DNA from: an uncultured archaeon
Lineage (GTDB): Archaea > Aenigmatarchaeota > Aenigmatarchaeia > GW2011-AR5
Length of the DNA stretch: 58,275 nt
NCBI GenBank assembly: GCA_964373695.1
Contig: CAYJVT010000004.1
Span: 1 to 58,275 of the forward strand
Reading direction: 5' to 3'
In this document: positions 44,651 to 54,245 of the stretch, one piece after another
Layout: every line of letters starts with the position of its first letter
Numbering within the stretch: the stretch's first letter is position 1
Notes under the pieces: generated by a model
The model's database searches: none
What the model was told of the DNA's origin: nothing
Seen by the model: the letters and a program-made list of their open reading frames with translations, nothing else
Program-made: the position numbers and the translations under genes

Positions 44651-45718
44651 TTCCGTATCTGCGCTAAAATAATCCCTTATTCCAAGATGTTCCGTAAGCC
44701 ATGAAAAATAACCTTCAGCCGTATGTTGCAGTTCCTGTTCTCCCAGCTGCCCGAATCTTTTTTTCAGTACCCACAACACTTGAGCATCCATAGTCGGCTT
44801 CTTCAGGGCCTTCCTGTACAATCTAAGAGCCCATTCCGGCGACTCGTAAGCGCCCAGACAAAATTCCCCATAAGCCATGTATGAATCCGCTATGCCGGGC
44901 ATCTTTCTTACAAGCATCTTGTAATGTTTTTCGGCCGCCTCAAAAAATTCCGGGCGCCCGGAATCAAGCCACATATTGAAGTATGTATTGCCTATCGTCG
45001 GCAAAACAAGATAATTATTGGGGTCAATCTCAAGAGCCAATTTGAGCTTTTCCAGAGCTTCATCATATCTGCGATGAATAATACCCAGATCCTCTCCGCT
45101 GTCGTGCATGCAGAAAGATACGAATTCGATGAAATTCATCGAAGTCTCGCAAAGCCACAAACTCTTTTCATATTTTCTTACATCTCCGGGCCTCAGTGCA
45201 TCCGCAACGTACAGCGTTCCATCGTGTGAAAACGACGGAAAAGGATGAATGCCATATCTTTCCACTTCTCCCATATATAGTGAAACAAGAAAATAATACC
45301 GACATTATAGCTTGTTTCACATATAGTGCCCAATGATATAATATCCTTTTTATTTCATTGGAGCACTATACCCACTTGGATTCTTCACCACTATCATACC
45401 TGCATTTATACCGACTTCGTGCAGGGCTCTGTGAAGCAAAATGTTAATTTCAATGCAGTGCCCTCTTCTGTCCCTCCACGCTTCTTCTGCTGTCCGGATT
45501 CCACCAAAAGCATGGTTGTAATCATAATCGAGTAAACGGCCTACGGTGTCTGCTACGTATTCGGCCTTGTGAAGTCCTTTGCGCCTGGTTTTTACATATC
45601 CATACAATTCTTCCCGTGATTCATCGCTCATTGTGAAAGGGTTGTACTGTTCTGCAAGTTTCCTGTGCCTTCTTGTAAGTCTTACCCTGCCGTTCACTGC
45701 GCTCCGATCGTACATCAT
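44642..45718 (-). pseudogene. transglutaminase-like cysteine protease / TPR-like protein gene split by a MITE
   Basis: The upstream ORF (45350..45718) carries the Cys motif RRGHCIEINILLHRALHEVGINA and stops inside the element. The downstream ORF (44642..45274) is in the same frame and starts at the element edge (GIHPFPSFSHDGTLYVADA, candidate His/Asp), followed by helical TPR-like repeats. Confidence 0.7.
45276..45370 (+). mobile_element. MITE-like double-hairpin element, copy 3 (inside transglutaminase-like gene)
   Basis: Exact reverse complement of 7719-7813, flanked by TA/TA. Net insertion is 93 nt. Confidence 0.8.
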
Positions 45719-45810
45719 ATCTTTACTAAAAAGTGACTCTTTTTAAGCTCTTTTAAATTAAGAATGAAACACTTCACAAATATATAAGATACAGCCGACA
45801 TAAGTTATTC

Positions 45811-46317
45811 ATGAAGGTCCAGGAACTGCTGAAGAACCAGGCCCTAAAAAAATACTTTCTTGTCATCGTCGTTCTCGCGCTCTTCGTCTTTGTCGGCGGC
45901 AGGATGTCCGGATATCTTGTGGCGCAGGACGCATACGGCACGGAGCTCGCCAACCTGACAGAAAACTACCTCCTTCTCAACGAGAGCTACAGCGGATGCG
46001 TCTCGGACACGGCAGATCTCAACAGCGCCATTGACACTCTGGAAGCCGGCAATACAAGGCTTTCATCAGAGCTTTCCTCGGCAAACGCCAACCTGGAAAG
46101 CTGCATATCAGGCTCGTCTGCGAAAGATTCATCGATATCAAGCCTCACCGCCGAAAGGGACAAGCTTTCAAGTGACTACGGAGCGCTGTCGGCCAACAGC
46201 GCCAAGGCCCTGTGCTGCGTGAAGAAGATTTTTGACTCCACGCTTACAGCATACTACATCGAAAACAACGCCATAGTGTGCACTGCCGACGCTTCCAAGA
46301 CGGCCTTTTCGTGCTGA
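45811..46317 (+). CDS. membrane-anchored coiled-coil protein
   Basis: N-terminal TM (YFLVIVVLALFVFVGG), a Ser/Leu-rich coiled coil and a Cys-containing C-terminus. No family recognised. Confidence 0.5.
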   Translation: MKVQELLKNQALKKYFLVIVVLALFVFVGGRMSGYLVAQDAYGTELANLTENYLLLNESYSGCVSDTADLNSAIDTLEAGNTRLSSELSSANANLESCISGSSAKDSSISSLTAERDKLSSDYGALSANSAKALCCVKKIFDSTLTAYYIENNAIVCTADASKTAFSC

Positions 46318-46408
46318 TATGAATATTTAAGCATTGCAGACGATTTATGATAGAATAATTTCTGTTGCATGCCGTAGTTTAGGCCTGCAATAAACCGAGG
46401 TGTTTTGA

Positions 46409-47122
46409 ATGGAAATACAGGCTCCTATGAAGCAAATGGGTTATGACAGGGCAAGCGTCGTTTTCTCGCCCGAGGGAAGGATGTACCAGGTGGAGTACGC
46501 AAGGAAGGCCGTGGAAAAGGCAACAACAGTGGTAGGCGTCACTTTCTCGAACGGCGCCGTCCTTGCGGCGACCAAGTCGATACAGAAGCTGATAGTCCCG
46601 GAAAGCGTGGAAAAGATATCGAAGATAGACGACCACATAGGCGTGGCGTCATGCGGCATACTTGCCGACTCCAGGATACTCGTCGATTATGCGAGGATAA
46701 GATGCCAGGTCAACAAGATAACCTTCGGGGAGCCCATAGAGATAAACGCCCTCGTGAAGGACATCTCCGACAGGAAGCAGCGCTTCACCCAGATGGGCGG
46801 CATAAGGCCCTTCGGCGTCTCGCTCCTGATAGCCGGGATAGACGGCGGGCCGCACCTCTACGAGACAGACCCTTCAGGGACGCTGAGGGAATGGAAGGCC
46901 CAGGCCATAGGCCGGGGCATGAAAGACGCCAGAAAGGTCCTGGTCGAGGAATACAAGGACGGCTTGTCGAAAGACAAGGCTATCGACCTCGCCCTTAAGG
47001 CGCTAAAGACCGGGGAGAAGAAGCTCTCGACAAGGGCCGTCGAGATAGGCGTGGCTGAAGGCGGGAAGTTCAACCTCCTGGAAAGGAATTCGGTGAAAGA
47101 GCTCGTCAAGAAATTCGTGTGA
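46409..47122 (+). CDS. psmA: proteasome subunit alpha
   Basis: GYDRASVVFSPEGRMYQVEYARKAVEK is the alpha-subunit signature. Confidence 0.95.
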   Translation: MEIQAPMKQMGYDRASVVFSPEGRMYQVEYARKAVEKATTVVGVTFSNGAVLAATKSIQKLIVPESVEKISKIDDHIGVASCGILADSRILVDYARIRCQVNKITFGEPIEINALVKDISDRKQRFTQMGGIRPFGVSLLIAGIDGGPHLYETDPSGTLREWKAQAIGRGMKDARKVLVEEYKDGLSKDKAIDLALKALKTGEKKLSTRAVEIGVAEGGKFNLLERNSVKELVKKFV

Positions 47123-47220
47123 CGGCAGTTTTTTATTTGTATCCGCAAAACCAGCCTTCGCTGTCGGGCAGATATTTTTTCATTGAATAAATCTATAGTC
47201 AGCCTTCTTAAATTCTTCCA

Positions 47221-47643
47221 ATGTTTCTATTATCCATGTACAACTTTTGCGCTCTATGCGGCGGCGATCTCATGCAAGAAGGAGAGAAATACAAGTGCGC
47301 CAGCTGCGGCTATTTCCAGTACCCATTCGACGCATCAATACCGATAAGCGCCGTTGACGCCAAAAAGGAAGCCGACAAAGGGGCGCTGCTTCTTGACGTG
47401 AGGGAGCAGTACGAATACGACATAACCCACATCCCGGACTCGAAGCTCATACCGCTGAAGCAGCTGAAGGCTAGGATGAAAGAGCTGCCCAAGGACAAGG
47501 AGATAATCGCCTATTGCCACCACGGCTTCAGGAGCTTCTTCGCCGCCCAGTTCCTGAAGCAGAACGGGTTCGATGCGAGGAGCGTCACGGGCGGCATAGA
47601 GGCATGGTCGCTTGAGGTCGATAGCTCTGCAAAAAGGTATTGA
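47221..47643 (+). CDS. rhodanese-domain sulfurtransferase with N-terminal zinc ribbon
   Basis: CALCGG...CASCGY is followed by LLDVREQYEY..GHIPDS and the active-site loop AYCHHGFRS. Confidence 0.8.
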   Translation: MFLLSMYNFCALCGGDLMQEGEKYKCASCGYFQYPFDASIPISAVDAKKEADKGALLLDVREQYEYDITHIPDSKLIPLKQLKARMKELPKDKEIIAYCHHGFRSFFAAQFLKQNGFDARSVTGGIEAWSLEVDSSAKRY

Positions 47644-47739
47644 GGCGACAGCCAACGAGAAACCTAAATACATGAAAACTTAATAAACAAAACAAATCCT
47701 TTGACACATATTAATTTTTTTGCTACAACTTATTCTGAT

Positions 47740-48699
47740 ATGATGCGCATACCGGAGGAATTCATACGGGAGAACTTCACCCCTGCCGACTTCCTCAAGA
47801 GCTGCCACGATGCTTTCGCTGGATACGGCAACGGCAGTTATACCATGCCGCCAAGAGAGGAGAACCTGCAGAGAAATTACGCGAACGGCCTTGACAGGTT
47901 CACGCTCAGGATGCCTGCGAAGATGCCTGGTTATGAAGGATACAAGTTCATAGAGGAATTTTCCAGCGTCGTCGTCGGCAACCTTGGAAAAGACAGGACT
48001 GCCGTCATAAGGCTTAAGCCTGAAGGCGGCGAGGAGGCCGAGATGGACGCAAGTTACATAACCCACATGCGCACCGGCGCTGCAGGGGCGCTGGGAATGA
48101 AATATTTCGTGCCTCATGCAGAAATTGTCTCGATACTTGGAACCGGGAATGTGGCAAAAGCTGCTGCTTTGTGCACGGCAGAGCTCGGTGTGAAGAAGAT
48201 AAACGCCTACAGCCGGAAGGAAGAAAACAGAAAGGAATTCAGGAGGGAGATAGGAAGCGCCGTGTCCGCCGAAGTGGTACTCCACGACTCACTCAGGTCA
48301 TGCGTGGCCGATTGCGATGCCGTAATTGCCGCTGTGCCGACCCATGAGCCTATAATATACCTCAGCGACATGCAGAAATGCCGCTACATCTCGTGCATGG
48401 GCGGCGATTCGCGGACCGCGCAGCTTGGAAAGGACATAATGACAGGTGCGTTAATGGTGCAGGATAACGAGGCACAGTGCATGAAGAGCGGCGACTTCAG
48501 GAGAGCTGCAGAAAAAGGCTATCTGAAAGACATAAAATTCATGATGTGCGATGGTCACGTCCTGAACATAGGCGACGCGGCCAACGGAAGAGTACAGAAG
48601 CCCGAAGGCCTTGTTGTATGCTATTTTACCGGACTTGCCCTGCAGGACATAGCTGCCGCCAAAATGGTCTACGAGAAACGGAATAAAAGGAAAACGTAA
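47740..48699 (+). CDS. ornithine cyclodeaminase / mu-crystallin family dehydrogenase
   Basis: YITHMRTGAAGALGMKYF and the Rossmann motif ILGTGNVAKAAA. The first ATG in the ORF that opens with TTG at 47701 is at 47740. Confidence 0.8.
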   Translation: MMRIPEEFIRENFTPADFLKSCHDAFAGYGNGSYTMPPREENLQRNYANGLDRFTLRMPAKMPGYEGYKFIEEFSSVVVGNLGKDRTAVIRLKPEGGEEAEMDASYITHMRTGAAGALGMKYFVPHAEIVSILGTGNVAKAAALCTAELGVKKINAYSRKEENRKEFRREIGSAVSAEVVLHDSLRSCVADCDAVIAAVPTHEPIIYLSDMQKCRYISCMGGDSRTAQLGKDIMTGALMVQDNEAQCMKSGDFRRAAEKGYLKDIKFMMCDGHVLNIGDAANGRVQKPEGLVVCYFTGLALQDIAAAKMVYEKRNKRKT

Positions 48700-48725
48700 A
48701 TTAAAAAGAAAAAACAGCGCCTAAC

Positions 48726-48995
48726 TCACATACAGCCATGTACACTACATGAGCCGCAGGCTTTCCACTTTGCCAACTTAGCTATCCCGAACAGAAGGAA
48801 TCCTGCAAAGTACCATCCCAGTATCGTCACGTTGACGGTCGTGGGGTCGGCGCTTTTGAACTGTGCCAGGAAGCCTGCTGCAAGAGCCCATAATCCGACT
48901 GCCTTCAGAATCCACTCGAGGACTCCGTAGCCGGGATTGCATCCGCATTTCTTTCCGGGTTTTTCCATTTTCACCGTCTTAGCCATCTCGATCAC
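48726..48995 (-). CDS. small membrane protein with Cys-rich termini
   Basis: Two TM segments are flanked by KKCGCNPG (N-terminus) and KACGSCSVHGCM (C-terminus). No family recognised. Confidence 0.45.
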   Translation of the reverse strand: MIEMAKTVKMEKPGKKCGCNPGYGVLEWILKAVGLWALAAGFLAQFKSADPTTVNVTILGWYFAGFLLFGIAKLAKWKACGSCSVHGCM

Positions 48996-49198
48996 TCCCT
49001 GATAATAATTTTTGCCGCGCGATATATAAGCTTATCAATTCTCTTTTTGCCTGTAAAATGTCGTTGAAGATACCTTAGAGCACGTAGGAAAATACTGCGT
49101 AAGAAGACATATGCAATTCGTTCCTTCACGCGGGAAGGCCATGTTGTAACCGCTTAAATACTTTTGGAAAATTAATTATCTTAATACATTGCAATGGC

Positions 49199-49954
49199 AT
49201 GCGGGTTACATTCTGTTACATGCATGCCGTGCACAATACAGGTGATCAAGTGGTTACAGTGGATGAGGCTATCATAGCCCGATTGGAGATAAAAGGAAAA
49301 AAATTCGAGATTTTGGTCGATGCGGAAATTGCATATGCGTTGAAGGAAGGAAAGCAGGTCTCTCTTTCTAGGATGCTTGCAGTAAACCAGGTCTTCACCG
49401 ACGCGAAGAAAGGCACCAGGGCTTCGGATTCTGACATACAAAAAGAATTCGGAACGGCTGACGTAGAAAGGGTAGCCGAACGCATAATACATAAAGGCGA
49501 TATCCAGCTGACGACCGAATTCAAGAGGAAGAAAACCGAAGAAAAAAGAAGGCAAGTAGCTTCGATGATAAGCAAGAACGCTGCGAACCCCCAGAGCAAG
49601 GCGCCGCATCCCCTGGAAAGAATACTGGCCGCAATGGAACAGGCAAGGTTTGCCGTTGAGCCGTTCAAGCCGGCGGAGCAGCAGATAGACGACGCCCTGA
49701 AGGCCATCAAATCCGTGCTCCCGATATCGATGGAGCAGGCGACGCTCCTCGTCGAGATACCGGCGAAATACGCGTCAAAATGCTACGGCATGCTGAAGGA
49801 ATACACGATAATACAGGACAAATGGCTGCCGGACGGCTCGCTGTCGGCAAAGATAACCCTTCCTGCCGGTCTCAAGGACAATTTTTTCAGGGCCATAAAC
49901 AACGCCACACAAGGCGAGGTAAAAGTCCAGGAATTGTCCAAGGATGCTAAATAA
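49199..49954 (+). CDS. SBDS-family ribosome maturation protein
   Basis: VTVDEAIIARLEIKGKKFEILVDAEIAYALKEGK...VFTDAKKG matches SBDS. The true start is probably internal (ATG 49220 or GTG 49250). Confidence 0.9.
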   Translation: MRVTFCYMHAVHNTGDQVVTVDEAIIARLEIKGKKFEILVDAEIAYALKEGKQVSLSRMLAVNQVFTDAKKGTRASDSDIQKEFGTADVERVAERIIHKGDIQLTTEFKRKKTEEKRRQVASMISKNAANPQSKAPHPLERILAAMEQARFAVEPFKPAEQQIDDALKAIKSVLPISMEQATLLVEIPAKYASKCYGMLKEYTIIQDKWLPDGSLSAKITLPAGLKDNFFRAINNATQGEVKVQELSKDAK

Positions 49955-50017
49955 AATCTTTGACATGTCAACGCCATTGTAAATGCCGTTGCACATAAAA
50001 CTAATGGAGGAATTGAA

Positions 50018-50746
50018 ATGGAAGAAAGAAAACTTGTAATATGCGGCGACCCCCTAGGGGAGGGCCGCGCAGGACACGGTGCCTACGAGGAAAACGGAAA
50101 GGTGTTTTCAAGATTCGTAGGCCTTGCCGAACAGAAGAATGGCATGTATTTTGTCATTCCGCTGAGCGGCATATACAACCCGAAAAAAGGCGACGGAGTC
50201 ATAGGAAAGGTGGAGGATGTGATATTCTCCAAGTGGCTTGTCGACATAAACTCGCCTTACCAGGCGGCGCTCGCGCTGAACGAGGCTGTCGACGAATTCA
50301 TCGACCTGACGAAGAACGACCTTACCAAGTATTTCAGCTACGGAGACCTCATATTTGCGGAGATATTGAGCGTCACCAAAACCAAGAACGTACAGCTTTC
50401 CATGAAGGAAAGGAAATGCAGGAAGCTGAAGGGTGGGCGAATCATAAGGGTGACGCCCTCGAAAGTGCCCAGGATAATCGGCAGGTCCGGCTCCATGGTC
50501 GAGATGATAAAGCAGATGACCGGAACCCAGATAGTAGTGGGCCAGAACGGGGTCGTGTGGGTGAGAGGGGACAACGAGGACATAGCGACGGAAGCCGTGC
50601 TTCTCATAGAGGAGAAGTCGCACAAATCCGGCCTGACGGAAGACGTGAAGTCGCTCCTGGAGAGGAGGATGAAGGAGAGCGGCGTATCCTTTTCCCAGTC
50701 TGCTTCTCAGGAAAGCGAAGTGCAATGGGGTGAAACTAATGAGTGA
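50018..50746 (+). CDS. rrp4: exosome complex RNA-binding protein Rrp4
   Basis: N-terminal domain, S1 domain (GDGVIGKVEDVIFSKWLVDINSPYQA) and KH domain (VPRIIGRSGSMVEMIKQMTG). Confidence 0.9.
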   Translation: MEERKLVICGDPLGEGRAGHGAYEENGKVFSRFVGLAEQKNGMYFVIPLSGIYNPKKGDGVIGKVEDVIFSKWLVDINSPYQAALALNEAVDEFIDLTKNDLTKYFSYGDLIFAEILSVTKTKNVQLSMKERKCRKLKGGRIIRVTPSKVPRIIGRSGSMVEMIKQMTGTQIVVGQNGVVWVRGDNEDIATEAVLLIEEKSHKSGLTEDVKSLLERRMKESGVSFSQSASQESEVQWGETNE

Positions 50747-51449
50747 TAGGATCGACGGCAGGAAATTTGACGAGCTGAGGCCTATGGAGGCCAAGGTCGG
50801 CGTCCTGAAAAACGCAGACGGCTCGGCGTTCTTCAGGCTCGGGAACACCAAGGTCATAGCGGGTGTCTTTGGTCCGCGGCAAGTGCACCCGAAGCATGAA
50901 GAAAATACCGAGAAAGCCATACTCAGGACCAGGTATAACATGGCGGCTTTCGCAACGGATGAGAGGGGAAGGCCGGGTCCCAGCAGGAGAAGCCAGGAAA
51001 TATCGATGGTGACAAGGAATGCGCTGCTGCCAACACTGTTCACGGAAGAGTTCCCAAGGACCGCAATAGACGTCTACATAGAGGTCCTCGAGGCTGACGC
51101 GTCGACTAGGTGCGTCGGCATAAACGCCGCGGCGCTCGCGCTGGCCGATGCCGGCGTGCCGATGAGGGACATAGTCAGCAGCTGCTCGGCCGGGAAGGTC
51201 GGAGACAGGATAATCCTCGACATAGCGGGCAAGGAGGACACCGAAGGCGACCTCGACCTGCCCGTAGCGTTCTACCCGAAAAAGAACGAGATAACGCTCC
51301 TCCAGATGGACGGGCTCGCGGTGAAGGACGAGGTGAAGGAAATAGTCCGGCTGGCACTCAAGGGATGCGAGAAGATAAACATGGTCCAGAAGAAGGCGCT
51401 TAGGGACAAGTACAAGCTCGACGAAGGGAACAAAGAGGTGTTGCAATGA
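50739..51449 (+). CDS. rrp41: exosome complex exonuclease Rrp41 (RNase PH fold)
   Basis: RIDGRKFDELRPMEAKVGVLKNADGSAFFRLGNTKVIAGVFGP matches Rrp41. The first ATG is at 50739, in an ORF that opens with GTG at 50730. Confidence 0.9.
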   Translation: MSDRIDGRKFDELRPMEAKVGVLKNADGSAFFRLGNTKVIAGVFGPRQVHPKHEENTEKAILRTRYNMAAFATDERGRPGPSRRSQEISMVTRNALLPTLFTEEFPRTAIDVYIEVLEADASTRCVGINAAALALADAGVPMRDIVSSCSAGKVGDRIILDIAGKEDTEGDLDLPVAFYPKKNEITLLQMDGLAVKDEVKEIVRLALKGCEKINMVQKKALRDKYKLDEGNKEVLQ

Positions 51450-52225
51450 TAACGATAGACAACGAACTGATGAGGAAAATGGCCGAGAAGAACAAGAGGC
51501 TGGACGGCAGGGACGCCGAGTCCTACAGGCAGGTAACCATAGAGAACGGCGTCATATCGAGCGCCGAAGGCTCAAGCCGCGTGAGGATAGGGAACACGCA
51601 CGTCATAGCCGGCGTGAAGATAGACGTCGGGACCCCCTTCTCCGACACTCCGGAAGAGGGCGTCCTGATGGTGGCCGCAGAGCTTCTGCCCCTCGCATCA
51701 CCCGAGTTCGAGCCCGGGCCGCCCGGAGAGCAGGCCATAGAGCTCTCGAGGGTTGTTGACCGCGCCATAAGGGAATCGAAGGCGATAGACTTCTCCAAGC
51801 TGTGCATAACGCCGAAGGAGAAGGTGTGGATGGTCTACGTCGACATAGACGTCCTAGACGACGACGGCAACCTCATAGACGCCGCGTGCCTCGCGGCCGT
51901 CTCGGCGCTCCTCAACGCAAGGATGCCGGAGCTTGACGAGGAGAAGAAGGTCAAGCGAGGGGCAAAGACTAACGAAAGGCTTCCCATCACCGGCAAGCCT
52001 GTATCCAACACTTTCGTGAAGATAGGCGGCCGCATAGTGGCCGACCCGAAGATAGAGGAAGTGAAAGCGATGGACGCCAGGCTCACTGTAGGCTCTCTTG
52101 AAAAGGACGGATTCCGCCTTTGCTCCATGCAAAAGGGCGGCCCCGAGGGCTTCACCTTCGAGGAACTGGAGCGGATGATGGACATGGCCGAGAAGAAGAG
52201 CAAAGAGCTCCGCTCTATGCTGTGA
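51446..52225 (+). CDS. rrp42: exosome complex component Rrp42
   Basis: RLDGRDAESYRQVTIENGVISSAEGSSRVRIGNTHVIAGVK matches Rrp42. It overlaps rrp41 by ATGA. Confidence 0.9.
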   Translation: MITIDNELMRKMAEKNKRLDGRDAESYRQVTIENGVISSAEGSSRVRIGNTHVIAGVKIDVGTPFSDTPEEGVLMVAAELLPLASPEFEPGPPGEQAIELSRVVDRAIRESKAIDFSKLCITPKEKVWMVYVDIDVLDDDGNLIDAACLAAVSALLNARMPELDEEKKVKRGAKTNERLPITGKPVSNTFVKIGGRIVADPKIEEVKAMDARLTVGSLEKDGFRLCSMQKGGPEGFTFEELERMMDMAEKKSKELRSML

Positions 52226-52383
52226 TGACAATGAGACATCAACTGGCGGAAGACATGAACATCAAAAGCCACACACCTAGTCCGACAAGAACACAGATAG
52301 AATATCTCGGCAGGATAGGAAGATTTCAGCTTCTGGAGGATTGTCTATACGGACATGAGAGGCCGCGCGACAGAGAATTTTGA
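52225..52383 (+). CDS. small hypothetical protein (52 aa)
   Basis: The ATG overlaps the rrp42 stop (TGATG). No motif recognised. It sits where L37ae/RpoP would often follow. Confidence 0.25.
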   Translation: MTMRHQLAEDMNIKSHTPSPTRTQIEYLGRIGRFQLLEDCLYGHERPRDREF

Positions 52384-52486
52384 AGACCTTGACTATCCAA
52401 GATAGCTTATCCTTCACATTTTTTTTATTTTCTTTCCGCTACTTTCACAACTTTTCTTTTATAAATCTTCGCTTCACTATTCTGGA

Positions 52487-52708
52487 ATGTTAACACACGA
52501 ACAGCTCGTGAGAGCGACGGAATACGCTGCCGGACTGGTTTCGGAAAGACCCGGAATATACCGGTTTCACGAGCTCAGCGAACGAGTAAGATTTTACATG
52601 GAAAGGGAAGTCGACAATTTCGGGATATTGTCAGCCTACAATGTCATCAGAGATTTGACCTTCGAAGGAAAAATAAGAACAGTAGGAAGCCGGTATCATC
52701 CTGCCTGA
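52487..52708 (+). CDS. hypothetical protein
   Basis: 73-aa ORF. No family recognised. Confidence 0.35.
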   Translation: MLTHEQLVRATEYAAGLVSERPGIYRFHELSERVRFYMEREVDNFGILSAYNVIRDLTFEGKIRTVGSRYHPA

Positions 52709-52709
52709 G

Positions 52710-52940
52710 CTACTTCTCACCATGGCTGTGCTTCGGTATCATCCACACGATGAATATAACTATCAACGCGAGTATTCCGGCCGTTGTCCAGTCCTTCGGG
52801 AACCATTCCTGCGACAAAGCCACGCCAAAGAACACCAATACAGCAACCACGGTGAGAACCATTGAAGCATATTTTCCGATGTCCACCTTCATCAAATCTC
52901 CTCCTTCCTTATTTGTCGCTCTTTGCTTAAATATCTTCAA
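52710..52940 (-). CDS. small two-TM membrane protein
   Basis: 76 aa with two clear hydrophobic helices, MVLTVVAVLVFFGVAL and AGILALIVIFIVWMI. Confidence 0.45.
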   Translation of the reverse strand: MKIFKQRATNKEGGDLMKVDIGKYASMVLTVVAVLVFFGVALSQEWFPKDWTTAGILALIVIFIVWMIPKHSHGEK

Positions 52941-53052
52941 ACCAGCGCTGTCTCATCAACACAACGCTTTCCACGAGCCTTCCAACCATCCCACACGGTT
53001 CACATTGTGGATAATATCTTATTAATACGAAATTCTGCCGTATCTATAGCTG

Positions 53053-53151
53053 ATGAAGACCAGATGCCAGAGATGCGACAACACAACGGAGAACAACATG
53101 TCCCCCTCCAAGTGCAACGTCTGCGGCGGGTGGATGTTCTTCATACCTTAG
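53053..53151 (+). CDS. 32-aa zinc-ribbon protein (possible RpoP-like)
   Basis: Not in the ORF track. My translation is MKTRCQRCDNTTENNMSPSKCNVCGGWMFFIP, with CxxC-x14-CxxC. The assignment is tentative. Confidence 0.3.
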   Translation: MKTRCQRCDNTTENNMSPSKCNVCGGWMFFIP

Positions 53152-53181
53152 CTTAAAATAATTTCGCGACAATTTCTACGC

Positions 53182-53481
53182 ATGCAACAGCTCAAACGCG
53201 CGCCCGCGAGAAGATGCAGGATAGCTGAAATAAACCCCGAAAAAGACATACGGGTCAGGGTCCTGGGAAAGGTCATAGACAAGGCCGAAGACGTGATAAT
53301 CATCGATGACGGGACGGGAAAAATGGAGGTTGTGGCCGAGAATCCCGATGTCGAGATAGGCCACAACGCGTTCATTTTTGCCAGAATCCTGCCCCTGGAG
53401 AACGGGTACGAGGCCCGTGCCGAGATGATAAGGCCGGCTGCAGAGCTTGATGTTGAGACATACAGGAAAGTCTTCGGATGA
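53182..53481 (+). CDS. OB-fold nucleic-acid-binding protein
   Basis: IRVRVLGKVIDKAEDVIIIDDGTGKMEVV has the pattern of anticodon-binding/RPA-type OB folds. It lies directly upstream of PCNA. Confidence 0.5.
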   Translation: MQQLKRAPARRCRIAEINPEKDIRVRVLGKVIDKAEDVIIIDDGTGKMEVVAENPDVEIGHNAFIFARILPLENGYEARAEMIRPAAELDVETYRKVFG

Positions 53482-53493
53482 GAGGATGATTGA

Positions 53494-54237
53494 ATGTTTG
53501 AAGCTACCATAGATGAAATTGATATATTGCGGGACAGCATAGCGACGATCGCCGACATAATAGACGAGACCGAGATAAGGATAAAGGAGAAGGGCATAGA
53601 GATGGTGGCGGCCGACAGGGCCGTCGTTACAGTCGTGGACTTCATGCTTTCAAGAAGCGTTTTCAAGGAATACAAATTCGAGAATGACGAGAAGATAGGC
53701 ATAAACCTCGTAAGCCTCCTCCAGATACTGAAGAGGGCCAAAAGCGACGACAAGATGTCGATAAAGCTCGAAGCAAACAAGCTCCACGTGACGCTGCAGA
53801 ACGGCTCCAGGCGCGTTTTCTCTCTTCCGCTCATAGACGTCTCGAAGGAGGAGCCGCCTCCCCTCGACACGCTGCAGTTCCCGGCCCAGATGAGGATGAG
53901 CTCGGAGATACTGAACAGCGGCATCGAAGATGCCGAGCTCGTTGCTGACTCTATAATATTCACGGCAAACAAGAGCAATTTCCTCATGAAGGCTGAGAGC
54001 GACAACTCTTCTTCCCTCATGGAACTGCCGACGGGCCAGGGGATGAAGATACTGGAGATGGGGGAGCCTGTCAGGGCAAGATATTCGCTCGATTACCTGA
54101 AGAAGATAATAAAGGCCAGGAAGCTGGCCGATGAAGTAAACATATCCATGGGAACAGACTACCCCATGAGGATACAGTTCGAGGTCCCGGGGAAGCTCAA
54201 CCTGGGCTTCATCGTCGCCCCCAGGGTCGACGAGTAA
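53494..54237 (+). CDS. pcn: DNA polymerase sliding clamp (PCNA)
   Basis: MFEATIDEIDILRDSIATIADIIDETEIRIKEKGIEMVAADRAVV... at 247 aa, with the typical archaeal PCNA layout. Confidence 0.9.
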   Translation: MFEATIDEIDILRDSIATIADIIDETEIRIKEKGIEMVAADRAVVTVVDFMLSRSVFKEYKFENDEKIGINLVSLLQILKRAKSDDKMSIKLEANKLHVTLQNGSRRVFSLPLIDVSKEEPPPLDTLQFPAQMRMSSEILNSGIEDAELVADSIIFTANKSNFLMKAESDNSSSLMELPTGQGMKILEMGEPVRARYSLDYLKKIIKARKLADEVNISMGTDYPMRIQFEVPGKLNLGFIVAPRVDE

Positions 54238-54245
54238 GTTTTAAT

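Noticed and set aside
7719-45370. Composite transposon or large mobile island bounded by the identical inverted repeats
   Set aside because: The 37.5 kb between them is dominated by core housekeeping genes (cysS, ribosomal proteins, eif6, ftsY, srp54) in conserved order. Each repeat also has its own TA flanks and interrupts a separate gene, so these are independent MITE insertions.
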